Assembly: GCA_944393465.1 (NCBI GenBank)
Contig: CALYAG010000007.1
Coordinates: forward strand, 12,844 to 76,843
Reading direction: 5' to 3'
Length of the DNA stretch: 64,000 nt
From: an uncultured Clostridia bacterium
Lineage (GTDB): Bacteria > Bacillota > Clostridia > TANB77 > CAG-508
The notes under the pieces were generated by a model that was not told the DNA's origin, ran no database searches, and worked only from the letters and a program-made list of their open reading frames with translations. Below, piece by piece: positions 48,701 to 57,244 of this stretch; within the stretch, counting starts at the first letter, position 1; each line of letters starts with the position of its first letter. The position numbers and the translations under genes were made by a program.

Positions 48701-51700
48701 ATAGTTTTTCAATAATTTTTTGGTATACATCTATATCTTTACCCTTTATGTTTAAATATCTTGCTTCTGCAAAACTATGACTTTTTGCAATATCAAAAAT
48801 ATTATTTAACCTTTCAGATTTTATATATTCTTTTAAGTTTTGGGCCGCTTCTTCTTTGCTATCTCCTGCAGCATTTATAAGATATACATTTTGAACATCA
48901 TCTGGCTTTACATTAACTAATCTTCGCATTGCCACAATTGGCTGTATAGTCTGAGTTATTTTCTTAGACAATTGCGAAGAATTCACAACTGAGTCTGGAA
49001 TAGGTTCATTGCTATTTTGAAGTTTATAATCTACCCTATTTTCATAATTGCTTACTACAATTTTATCTTCTGTTTCAAAATGCCCTCTTTTTACGAATTT
49101 TTCTTTATCTATTTCAAATTCTAAGTCTCCCTCATCATAAACTAAATTTGTTGCAACAAAACTTTTTTGCCTTTTTTCTTCTCTACGCCTTCTAGTTAAT
49201 AAAATTCCATCATCTATTTTTTCATAATCTATAAACATTTTATTAAATGTGGGATGTGAATAAAAATCTCTAAAACTTGCAAGGAGAATATCCATATAAC
49301 TTGTAACTTCAAGCGTTAGTGGAGACATTCCGGTATTTTTTATACTTATTTTTCTTATTTCTATTGGTAAGTTTGGCACAATAGTAACTTGCATTGTTAT
49401 CATCAAATTACCATCTTGAATAATCACTTTGTCTTCTGATGTTGTAAAAATCACCTGATTATTTGTTGCTTTTAGATGATTTGTTTGGTCTATATCCTGA
49501 TTATTTGGACTATTATCTTCTTTACTCTTTGTTTCAAATACTGTATCATAAATTTTCTTAGAATTTACATCTTTAATGTAAATATGAATATTGTTGCTTA
49601 TGATGTCATTTCCAAATTTGTTGTAGCTGCTTCCATCATCTTTCATTACAATAGAGTATTTTTCATTTGCTAGCACATTTATTCCAGAAGTTCTTTCAGT
49701 GTATTCTTCATAATCTTTATATTTAATTTTTTCCACTTTTTCCTTCCTTTCCTTAGTTGTAATCATATCTTTTGGCATTTTCTCCTCAAGCAAAATTTCT
49801 ACCCCTTCAATTTCAGCATTTTGCATAAATCTTTTTTGAAATATATTATTGTTAAGCAAATTATTTATTGATGTTAAAATTAATCCCTGGTGATGTGCCA
49901 TAAATGTTTTATTTACAGCCTTTTTAGGTTTATAGTCTATTGATTCATAAAATCCATATTTGCCTGTATCTAGGTTTTCAGCAATAGTTTTTAAATTTTC
50001 TATTGCCTCGTTTGGACAAAATGTAAGAGCCATTGCTGTTGAATATGGACTTATAACTACCTCATCATCTAAGTCTCTTTTTAGCCCAAGCCAAGGTACT
50101 CCAAAAGTTTTGTATTGATAATTGCCTTTAAAATCTTTTGTGTTATATGCTGACTCTGAAATTCCCCAAGGTATGCCTAATTTTTTTGCATATTTTCTTT
50201 GGCTTAAAATTGAAAATCTGCAAGATTCGTCTAACAAAGTTGTTTCATATGATGGTATATTTATTGTTGGCATTAAATATTCAAAAGCTGTTCCTCCCCA
50301 TGAAATTAACCCTTTATATAATCCCATAGTTGTTAAAAGCCTTGAACAATTATTCCAATGTTTGCTTGGTACATCTCTTTTTGCAATTGCTATTAAACTT
50401 GTTTGCCTTGCTTCTGATGCAAGTAAATCATAATATGAGTTTACTAGAGTGTTTGTTTCTAAGTTATATCCGACTGAAAATAGACCAATTTTGTAATCAT
50501 ATAATTTACTAAAGTCTGTTTGGTGAATTAGGCTATCTATTCGTTTTACTAATGAAACTATTTCATCTTTTAATTTGCCGTCTAGTTCTACACTATTTTT
50601 TAATGAGCTTTCTCTTTTTGTGTTAATTCCTTGTTTTTCAGTTTCTAAGTTATAATTATTTTTTAAAATTTCTATTAAAAATTGTTTAACCGTATACAAA
50701 TATCCCACCAAGTTTCCACTATCCACTGACGAAATAAAAACAGGTTTTACCTCTTCTAAAGTATAAATATTGTACCAATTGTATAAATGACCATTCCATT
50801 TTGGCAAATTTTCAATTGTTGTTATTGTTTTTTCTATCATGGAAACTGTATCTTCTAAGCTTTCAAACTTTAAATCATAAGCAGAAACCATTGACATTAA
50901 AGCTAGTCCTATATTTGTTGGAGATGTTATTTCTGCCCTTTTTATTTTTCTGTCTGGCTGATAATTGTCTGATGGCAAGCCATTTACCATATTATCTTTA
51001 AAATATTGCCAAGTTTTCTTTGCTTTATCTAATAAAAATTCTTTGTCTTCCTTTGAAATATTTTCAGATAACTTTTTCTCATTTTTTAGACTTAGTTTAT
51101 ACATTATAAATGGTGCCAATAGCCAAATTGCGGACAAAGCCAAGAAAACAATACTAAATTCTTCACTCAAAAATATATTTACAAAGCCGTTATTTAACCA
51201 CGTGCCTTTAAAATATATTTTTCCTACAGCTAAAATTGCTAAAATTACACCTAAAATGACATTTGGAAGCATTGACAAATAATATCCTTTTGCAGATTTT
51301 TGACTGTTTTTTTCTGCATCATTTGCAGTTGTCCACTCAAGCATAAAATTGTGAGATATTTTCATTCTATACAAACTTTTTATAAACGCATTAATTTCCA
51401 AATAAGCCATATCTGGCAAAATGGAAAGTTTTATAAAAAATCTATAAATACTACCTTGAATTTTTGTGAATTCTTTTGAAATTAGTCTTTGTTCTTCTGC
51501 TTTGTAGTTCATAAAAATATCCAAAAGTTCAAGGATACTAGAAAATGCTAAAAATATAATTGCTAAGCTCAAAAATAACCCTGAATTTGCTTTATTAAAT
51601 ATGGCTAAAATGAAGCAAGCTATTATTATTAATAATTCAAAAAAATCTTCTAAATCTCTTGCCAAATTGTCTAAAATTTTATATTTAGACAATGTATTTA

Positions 51701-54041
51701 GTGTGGAATTTAGCCAAGGTAAAATTTGCACATCTCCTCTTATCCATCTGTGCTTTCTTTTCCTATATGAAATATAATTTGAAGGATAGCCATCCATTAA
51801 AAGTATATCTGAAGCAAGCCCACATCTTAAATAACTTCCTTCTAATAAATCATGGCTTAAGACACTATTTTCAGGTATTGCGTCTTTAAGCACATCATAA
51901 AAAACATCTACATCATATATTCCTTTTCCTGTGTAAATTCCTTCATCAAAATTATCTTGGTAAACATCTGAAATCGCATTTGCATAAAGGTCCGTTCCTC
52001 CAGAGCCTGCAAAAAGTCTAGAAAAAATAGTTTTTCTTTCGTCTTTAATTCCAACTCCAATTCTTGGTTGTATAAGCGCATGACCTGAAACTACTGTATT
52101 TGTAATTTTATTTATTTCTGGTTTATTTAATACATGTGCTATGGTTCCTACTAACTTTTCTGCTTGGTTCAAAGATAAACTTGTGTCACTATCTATTGTT
52201 ATAACATATTTAATTTTAGGTAAATCTTTGCAAGTATTAACCCAAAACGGATTTTTTCCAATCACTAAATACTCGTTTAGTTGAGTTAAAATTCCTCTTT
52301 TTCTCTCCCAGCCCATAAAGCATCTTTCACTGCTGGACCATTCTCTTTTTCTGTATATAAAATTAAAAATATTTCCATACTTACTGTTTAGCTGTTTTAC
52401 AATTTCTTTGCCTGTTTCTGCAATTTTTTCATCAATATTTTTTCTTTCACTTTTTTCACTTGTGCAGTCTCCAAGAAGCGTAAAATATAAATTATCTGTC
52501 TTATTTGCAAGATAATACACCTCAAGCTTATGCATAAACTCTGTAACATCACTTTCATCTTTTAGAAGAGCTGGAATAACACACATTGTAGTATATTCCT
52601 TTGGAATCCCCTCTTCTTGAAAATCTAATTTTGGAAGCACTTTTGGTTTTACTATTTTGCTTAAAACATATTGCAAAAATTTTGTTACAACATTTTGTAA
52701 AGGTATAAAACATAATAAGCCCAAAAGCCAAGATTTTGTGCATAGTAAAATTGTTATTGCAATTGTTAATATATAAACTCCTGCCACATATAATTTTGAC
52801 TTTGTACTGTTAGAAATAGTTTTTACCTTTTTATTTAATAATTTACTAAGTAATTGTGATTTTCCATCAGCTATAAGGTAGTATCCTACATGAGATTTCT
52901 TTTCAATATCTGTTTTTTCATTGTTTTCATTTTTTTGATTACCATAAGTAGCATAATCTTGAACACTTGTCACTTTTTTGATATCTTGATTAATTCTTTC
53001 ATCATCTTTCGTGTCATTTGTATTATTTTTCAATTTTAAATTGCAGAGTTCAAGGCCTTTTTGAGTAACATACACTTCTGAAAGCTTCTTTTTTTTAGAA
53101 ATTTCTTCAATAGCATTTCTGTAATTTGCTTTACTTTGATAATCCATTTTTTTATATACTTCATCTGTGTTTAGCATTTTTTCAACAATGCTTGTATTTT
53201 CAAAAATCGACAAAATATCCATTCTGTTTATAGCCTTTATACTAAGAATAGAATTTTGCATAGAAACTCGCTTTAGAGCTATATCAAAATGTTCTTTATT
53301 TATAACATCACTTAAAGTCATACCATTTTTTTGAACTTGATCTTCCAATATTTCCAAAAATGGAGCCGCTTCTTTGCCATAAGTTTTTAGTCTGTATGCC
53401 ATATATTCAATAAAAGAATATAAATCAACATCTAATTTTAGTTTTTTAACATTTTTATTTTCCAATATTCTTTGCACCATATTTTCAACTTTAAACTTTT
53501 GCATTTGCGACAAAAATATTTTTTCACAAATAGATCTTATTTTTTCTATTATAGAAATTTGCAAAAAAATACCTATATTCCAGATTTCATTCATATAAAG
53601 ATTTTTCTGTGTTTGATAAGCCTGAATATACTCAGTTAGCTCATCTTCATCAACTCTGCCATCTGTGTTCATAACAATTTCATTGCATAACACAAAAACT
53701 CTTGCAAAACCCGCATTTACCCCATTTGCAATTCTAGGAAATTTTTCATATTTACTTTTTGATAAACTTTTTTGTAGAATTTTTACTGTATTTTCTATTA
53801 AATAAAAATTATCTAAAAGCCACTCGCCTGCTGGATGTATTGGAATTCCAAGTTTAACGTGCTGATTTAATAGAGTATATACCAAAGATATATACTCAAA
53901 ATTATCCAAAACCCTAGGAATTGGATAAGTGTCAAGGCTCGATTTTTCTTTTATAATGCTATCTGCTGCTAGTTTTGCTAAATATTCTTTTAGTAATTTT
54001 TTATCTAGTACAATTTCTTTTGTATTTAATATTTTATACAT
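45729..54041 (-). CDS. Cyclic beta-1,2-glucan synthase-like giant protein (GT84-type glycosyltransferase + central domain + GH94-type phosphorylase)
   Basis: About 2770 aa. VITIDSDTSL, SHDLLEGSYLRCGL and RKHRWIRGDVQ match ChvB/NdvB/Cgs glycosyltransferase motifs. The C-terminus (GGWTWYTGSSGWM, GGQYTHAAIWA) matches GH94 phosphorylases. Start set at the ATG (MYKIL) downstream of GGGGAG. Confidence 0.8.
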   Translation of the reverse strand: MYKILNTKEIVLDKKLLKEYLAKLAADSIIKEKSSLDTYPIPRVLDNFEYISLVYTLLNQHVKLGIPIHPAGEWLLDNFYLIENTVKILQKSLSKSKYEKFPRIANGVNAGFARVFVLCNEIVMNTDGRVDEDELTEYIQAYQTQKNLYMNEIWNIGIFLQISIIEKIRSICEKIFLSQMQKFKVENMVQRILENKNVKKLKLDVDLYSFIEYMAYRLKTYGKEAAPFLEILEDQVQKNGMTLSDVINKEHFDIALKRVSMQNSILSIKAINRMDILSIFENTSIVEKMLNTDEVYKKMDYQSKANYRNAIEEISKKKKLSEVYVTQKGLELCNLKLKNNTNDTKDDERINQDIKKVTSVQDYATYGNQKNENNEKTDIEKKSHVGYYLIADGKSQLLSKLLNKKVKTISNSTKSKLYVAGVYILTIAITILLCTKSWLLGLLCFIPLQNVVTKFLQYVLSKIVKPKVLPKLDFQEEGIPKEYTTMCVIPALLKDESDVTEFMHKLEVYYLANKTDNLYFTLLGDCTSEKSERKNIDEKIAETGKEIVKQLNSKYGNIFNFIYRKREWSSSERCFMGWERKRGILTQLNEYLVIGKNPFWVNTCKDLPKIKYVITIDSDTSLSLNQAEKLVGTIAHVLNKPEINKITNTVVSGHALIQPRIGVGIKDERKTIFSRLFAGSGGTDLYANAISDVYQDNFDEGIYTGKGIYDVDVFYDVLKDAIPENSVLSHDLLEGSYLRCGLASDILLMDGYPSNYISYRKRKHRWIRGDVQILPWLNSTLNTLSKYKILDNLARDLEDFFELLIIIACFILAIFNKANSGLFLSLAIIFLAFSSILELLDIFMNYKAEEQRLISKEFTKIQGSIYRFFIKLSILPDMAYLEINAFIKSLYRMKISHNFMLEWTTANDAEKNSQKSAKGYYLSMLPNVILGVILAILAVGKIYFKGTWLNNGFVNIFLSEEFSIVFLALSAIWLLAPFIMYKLSLKNEKKLSENISKEDKEFLLDKAKKTWQYFKDNMVNGLPSDNYQPDRKIKRAEITSPTNIGLALMSMVSAYDLKFESLEDTVSMIEKTITTIENLPKWNGHLYNWYNIYTLEEVKPVFISSVDSGNLVGYLYTVKQFLIEILKNNYNLETEKQGINTKRESSLKNSVELDGKLKDEIVSLVKRIDSLIHQTDFSKLYDYKIGLFSVGYNLETNTLVNSYYDLLASEARQTSLIAIAKRDVPSKHWNNCSRLLTTMGLYKGLISWGGTAFEYLMPTINIPSYETTLLDESCRFSILSQRKYAKKLGIPWGISESAYNTKDFKGNYQYKTFGVPWLGLKRDLDDEVVISPYSTAMALTFCPNEAIENLKTIAENLDTGKYGFYESIDYKPKKAVNKTFMAHHQGLILTSINNLLNNNIFQKRFMQNAEIEGVEILLEEKMPKDMITTKERKEKVEKIKYKDYEEYTERTSGINVLANEKYSIVMKDDGSSYNKFGNDIISNNIHIYIKDVNSKKIYDTVFETKSKEDNSPNNQDIDQTNHLKATNNQVIFTTSEDKVIIQDGNLMITMQVTIVPNLPIEIRKISIKNTGMSPLTLEVTSYMDILLASFRDFYSHPTFNKMFIDYEKIDDGILLTRRRREEKRQKSFVATNLVYDEGDLEFEIDKEKFVKRGHFETEDKIVVSNYENRVDYKLQNSNEPIPDSVVNSSQLSKKITQTIQPIVAMRRLVNVKPDDVQNVYLINAAGDSKEEAAQNLKEYIKSERLNNIFDIAKSHSFAEARYLNIKGKDIDVYQKIIEKLLFPDCKKYNIELDLSNEKLWKYGISGDNPILLVKVRDNNDTYLLNEVTKLKEYLDMKNIAVDIIVISKNKVQTNFKTLINIPSEDKRVIEARANLILDSKLGSMSIQMKRVNNEKSGKLQNKSSNGKENLDSLNLNEKNLEKPKTLMLKHEDSEKNIEFDTSKLLYFNGYGGFSQDGNEYHIIVNKNKKTPAVWCNIMANDKFGTVVTEGLGGYTWYKNCKMDRITEFSNDAYLDKPSEMIIMQEVDEKDIFSKNKETAISNQISLEDKKSLNKTINNSFGISPNILGDTGNYHITYGFGYSKYQHIYKDVEEELTIFVPVNDSLKISKLSLKNTSLKKKKIKILYDVDFVLGERKDRFINYLYKENYNLLLVKNNINPENYAYITSSEKINCKNNMVEINVEIESLETKEITLILGAEETETACMENSSKYLQKESKALEEVKKYWMDKVKIVEAKTPLKSFNIMQNGWTIYQTMASRKLAKTGFYQSGGAIGYRDQLQDAMNLKYLDSNILKNQIILHAKHQFKEGDVLHWWHKLNNLGIRARYSDDLLWLPYTVIKYIEFTGDFRILDEETEYLEGRTLKENEHDFMFNFKNGEDKESIYHHCMRAINRSINFEYFPKIQGGDWNDGMNKVGIKGKGESVWLGFFLYGILIKFAEYSKYVTRFANKETTIAMLASKKNVDVKNIDTDEKSDEYERLMEIAEKLRKNLNTVGWDGRWYKRATTDDGKVLGSAVNKECKIDSIAQSWAVLSNAGDNDKKYIAMENLEKYLIDKENNIVKLLTPPFENEEFKPGYIASYAPGMRENGGQYTHAAIWAAIAETMLNKPEEAMEIYKMINPIEHSKTEEQAMKYKVEPYAVEADIYGENEFAGRGGWTWYTGSSGWMFTLQTEYILGLKIHHGELKIKPCLPKDWNEFEVTFRWKNAKYNIKYERKNENSISNTKEEKNDKAKENKQALDLSNENVQMYLNGEKVDEIHLKDEGEFEVKVEF

Positions 54042-54098
54042 AAAAAATTCCACTCCCCGAATATGTTTTTACACATATTGTTTCCGGTTTGTGGATAA

Positions 54099-54127
54099 AT
54101 TATACTCAAAACATATAACTCAACTAA
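54099..54127 (-). promoter_or_regulatory. Candidate promoter for the giant gene
   Basis: The minus strand reads TTAGTT-17 nt-TATAAT. The -35-like hexamer overlaps the end of the repeat at 54126-54279. Confidence 0.35.
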
Positions 54128-54279
54128 GACCAATATACATTCTTCCGCATTTACTTCGCGGTTCGCCTATTCGGCTCAACGCTCGCACGCTCCGTCTGCG
54201 CTTCTAAGAAAAAGACATAAGTTTATTGTCCCTTTGTTCGCTACGCCTCGCTAAAAGCTCCAGAACATATATTGGTCTT
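54126..54279. repeat. Long form of the CCAATATA-terminus inverted-repeat family, with a GC-rich core
   Basis: Termini are AAGACCAATATACATTC and GAACATATATTGGTCTT. By eye, the first 45 aligned columns match the reverse complement of 60829-60959 at 41 positions. Lies 4 nt 3' of the stop of the 223-aa gene. Confidence 0.8.
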
Positions 54280-54283
54280 TCTA

Positions 54284-54955
54284 TTATAGTTTTTTCATGT
54301 TTCGTAGCTCATCTTTTTGTTCTTTAGTAAGCCTATAAGATTCGATTGCTTTTTGGATAGATTTATTATATGTAAAAGAATCTATTTTACTCTTGATGAT
54401 TATACTTTCAAAAAACTTTTTTGTTTTATCATAAAACTTTACAAAGCAGATTGAATACGCCCAAGCTACAGCCATTTGAGCATAATAGCCTTTATGATTA
54501 ATTTTAGAAAGGATGTTCAAAACCTTATCTATATAATTTGCGTCAATGTAGTATTGCAAAATCATTACAACTGCAAACCTTATTTCATACTCTTTTTTAG
54601 ATTTTAAATACTTTTGCAAAAACTTCCACATTTGCTCTTTGTTTGCATTTGTTTTCTTTAAGCTACCACAAAATGTATCGCAAACAGCCCAATTATTTAT
54701 AAGTGGAATGAAATTTTCTATTTGCTCAAAATTTAAATCTTTTTCTAAACCTATTAACATTCCTTTTAACATAATTTCTTCATAATATTTAGTTGGTACA
54801 TCTGCCACATTTACTGTTTTGCTTATCTTTCTTGCATATTTTCTAAGTTCCGGTATTCTAACTCCTATAATATTATTTACACCTGGACATAATTTTATTT
54901 GAAATTCCCTATATTTTTTGTCCTGCATATTAAACAAGTCTTTTTCTATGTTCAT
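54284..54955 (-). CDS. DNA alkylation repair protein (AlkD-like HEAT-repeat family)
   Basis: 223 aa. KYREFQIKLCPGVNNIIGVRIPELRKYARKI and WAVCDTFC are typical of PF08713-type proteins (from memory). Confidence 0.7.
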   Translation of the reverse strand: MNIEKDLFNMQDKKYREFQIKLCPGVNNIIGVRIPELRKYARKISKTVNVADVPTKYYEEIMLKGMLIGLEKDLNFEQIENFIPLINNWAVCDTFCGSLKKTNANKEQMWKFLQKYLKSKKEYEIRFAVVMILQYYIDANYIDKVLNILSKINHKGYYAQMAVAWAYSICFVKFYDKTKKFFESIIIKSKIDSFTYNKSIQKAIESYRLTKEQKDELRNMKKL

Positions 54956-55021
54956 TTTTTGAATTATTCCTTTCTAAATTACAAAATGCCATGTAAAAAT
55001 TCAAAATGTATTAGTCTTTTT

Positions 55022-55732
55022 CTAATTTTCAAATCTTCGTATGTATTCTTCTAAATCTTTGTAGTAATTTTTTAAAGTTGGAATTGCATCTTCGTCATCT
55101 AATTCAATGCTATACATATCTGAAATCCACACTCTTATGTCTATTATTTTAGAACCTAATGCAAAATATTCAATTATTTTGCCATCACTTGGTGTAATTG
55201 CAGCATATTTTTTCATATCTTCATATATTAAAGAAACCAATTCTTCTTTAGTATAATCTTTGTCAAAATTCAAATTATGCTTTTCTTTAATAAATTTTAG
55301 AAGAGCTTTACATCCTTTCAAAATATCTTCATATGCCTTTTCAAAGTTTCCTGTATACCAAGGATCATCTATATCTTTTGGGCAATCTGTATAATCTAAA
55401 AGTTTATGAACTTTTGACTGTGTATCTTCTCCACAAATATTATAAATGTTTTGGATATTTTGTTCATCCATTCCAATTATATAATTAAAATTTGAATAAT
55501 CTCTTTTTTGCATCCTTCTCGCTCTATGCCTTCTATACGGAATACCTTTTTCATTCAACTTTAATTTAGCTTCTTCATGCATATCTTGTCCTGTAGTTTC
55601 ATAAGTTGTACCTGCTGACCTTGCTATTACAAATTTTTCAAGGCCTTCCTTTTTTGCCAAGTCTTTAAAAATAAATTCCGCCATTGGTGACCTGCAAATG
55701 TTTCCTAAACATACAAATAAAACTTTAACCAT
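55022..55732 (-). CDS. Low-molecular-weight protein-tyrosine phosphatase with a ~80-aa C-terminal extension
   Basis: VLFVCLGNICRSPMAE (CX5R(S/T) P-loop) and the DDPWY general-acid motif lie in the first ~155 aa. Residues ~156-236 are an extra domain of unknown type. Confidence 0.85.
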   Translation of the reverse strand: MVKVLFVCLGNICRSPMAEFIFKDLAKKEGLEKFVIARSAGTTYETTGQDMHEEAKLKLNEKGIPYRRHRARRMQKRDYSNFNYIIGMDEQNIQNIYNICGEDTQSKVHKLLDYTDCPKDIDDPWYTGNFEKAYEDILKGCKALLKFIKEKHNLNFDKDYTKEELVSLIYEDMKKYAAITPSDGKIIEYFALGSKIIDIRVWISDMYSIELDDEDAIPTLKNYYKDLEEYIRRFEN

Positions 55733-56018
55733 TTTATTTTCATCCTTTCTGAAGGCTTAAACTTAGTTGAAAAAATTAACATTTCAACCTTTGCTTCTTG
55801 CATAATATTTTATCACGGGAAAAATTTATATACAAGCAAAATTTTTATTGTCATATTTTTTATAATTACGAATATAATTATAAAAGCATTATGAATTTTT
55901 TAGTTATAAAAACATTAAATGCATTGGCTTTTAACAAAGCAAAAAGGAAGGAATTTATTAGTTTGAAAGAAATTTACTTTCATAACTATGTGTGCCTTAG
56001 AAAGGAATGAAATTTATT

Positions 56019-56921
56019 ATGAATGAAAATTATCCAACAATACCATACATAGGATATAAGGAGGATTGCACTAAAGTGCCTCGTACTTTTCCAGCTCAGC
56101 ATCAAGATTTGCAACCAGGTCTTGAATATAAAATGACGCCACTACCTATTTATGAAAATCCTAATTATATTGCTAGCAAAAAGTTAGAAGGAAAAGTTGC
56201 TATAATTTCAGGTGGAGATAGCGGAATTGGTAGAGCAGTAAGTGTTTTATTTGCTAAAGAAGGAGCAAATGTTGTAATAAGTTATTTAAATGAACATAGA
56301 GATGCAAATTATACAAAACAAGTCATTGAAGGGCTTGGAAGAAAATGTTTGCTTATTTCAGGTGATTTACGTGATGAAAATTTATCTAAATATATTGCTG
56401 AAACTACTATGAAAACATTTGGCAAAATTGATATTTTAGTTAATAACTGTGGTGTTCAATTTCCGCAAGATAGCATACTAAATATATCTAGTCAGCAACT
56501 AAAAGATACTTTTGAAACAAATATTTATACATTTTTCTATTTGACCAAGGCAGTACTTCCTTATTTAAAAGAAAACAGCAGTATTATAAACACAACATCT
56601 ATTACTGCATTTGATGGGAAGAAAAATTTAATAGATTACTCTGCTACAAAAGGTGCAATTACAGTATTTACAAAGTCATTAGCACTATCTCTTGCAGACT
56701 CAAAAATTCGTGTAAATGCTGTCGCTCCTGGTCCAATATGGACTCCTCTTATTCCTGCATCTTTTACAAAAGAACAGGTTGAAATTTTTGGAGCAGAAAC
56801 CCCTCTAAAAAGAGCTGGCCAGCCTTTTGAACTTGCTCCTGCTTATTTGTATTTGGCAAGTGATGATTCTAGATATGTTACAGGGCAAATAATAAATGTA
56901 AATGGCGGAACAATTGTGTAA
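56019..56921 (+). CDS. SDR-family oxidoreductase (YhdF/YghA-like)
   Basis: ISGGDSGIGRAV (TGxxxGIG), NNCG and YSATKGA (YxxxK). Start chosen at the second ATG on RBS spacing; the alternative start is 56007. Confidence 0.85.
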   Translation: MNENYPTIPYIGYKEDCTKVPRTFPAQHQDLQPGLEYKMTPLPIYENPNYIASKKLEGKVAIISGGDSGIGRAVSVLFAKEGANVVISYLNEHRDANYTKQVIEGLGRKCLLISGDLRDENLSKYIAETTMKTFGKIDILVNNCGVQFPQDSILNISSQQLKDTFETNIYTFFYLTKAVLPYLKENSSIINTTSITAFDGKKNLIDYSATKGAITVFTKSLALSLADSKIRVNAVAPGPIWTPLIPASFTKEQVEIFGAETPLKRAGQPFELAPAYLYLASDDSRYVTGQIINVNGGTIV

Positions 56922-56949
56922 AATAATGGTTACTTTAAGTAAGCTAAAG

Positions 56950-57060
56950 CAAAGCTCATCGCTTGTGGCGAAGCCACTTTCCTTAGGCATGTGCATATTT
57001 GCGAAGCAAAATGCACATTAGTGCATCGAAATCTTGGCTTTCGGTAACGCACGCCATTCT
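56950..57060. repeat. GC-rich structured intergenic segment, partly similar to the cores of the long repeat forms
   Basis: Contains GTGGC-gaa-GCCAC and ATGTGCAT...ATGCACAT hairpins. CGAAGCAAAATGC resembles CGAAGCAAATGCGG in 60829-60959. No clear terminal inverted repeats. Confidence 0.35.
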
Positions 57061-57150
57061 TATTTATGCAGTCTTTAGGTATTATATATTTGACTGAAAG
57101 TTAATATATTTCTGAATCGAAACAATCAAATTTTTCCATTTCCAAAAATG

Positions 57151-57179
57151 TTTACATTTTCTGTAAACTATGATATAAT
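57151..57179 (+). promoter_or_regulatory. Near-consensus sigma-A promoter for the 539-aa gene
   Basis: TTTACA-17 nt-TATAAT, about 65 nt upstream of the ATG at 57245. Confidence 0.55.
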
Positions 57180-57244
57180 TACAGTATTAGCTTATGCTAA
57201 ATTCGCAATTTGGAGCATTTACTCTAAAGAAAGGATGATGTTTT

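Noticed and set aside
52555-52743. 62-aa minus-strand ORF inside the giant gene in another frame
   Set aside because: It is nested within a continuous 2770-codon frame with conserved motifs, so it is an out-of-frame artefact.
53929-54207. 92-aa ORF ending in PHLLRGSPIRLNARTLRLRF, and the ORFs at 60750-60984
   Set aside because: They read through the GC-rich cores of the dispersed repeats and the 5' end of the giant gene on the opposite strand. The Arg/Leu-rich tails are a by-product of repeat composition, and no RBS is present.
55798-56010. 70-aa ORF upstream of the SDR gene
   Set aside because: Extremely AT-rich with low-complexity Asn/Tyr/Ile composition and no RBS. It occupies the divergent promoter region between the PTP and SDR genes.
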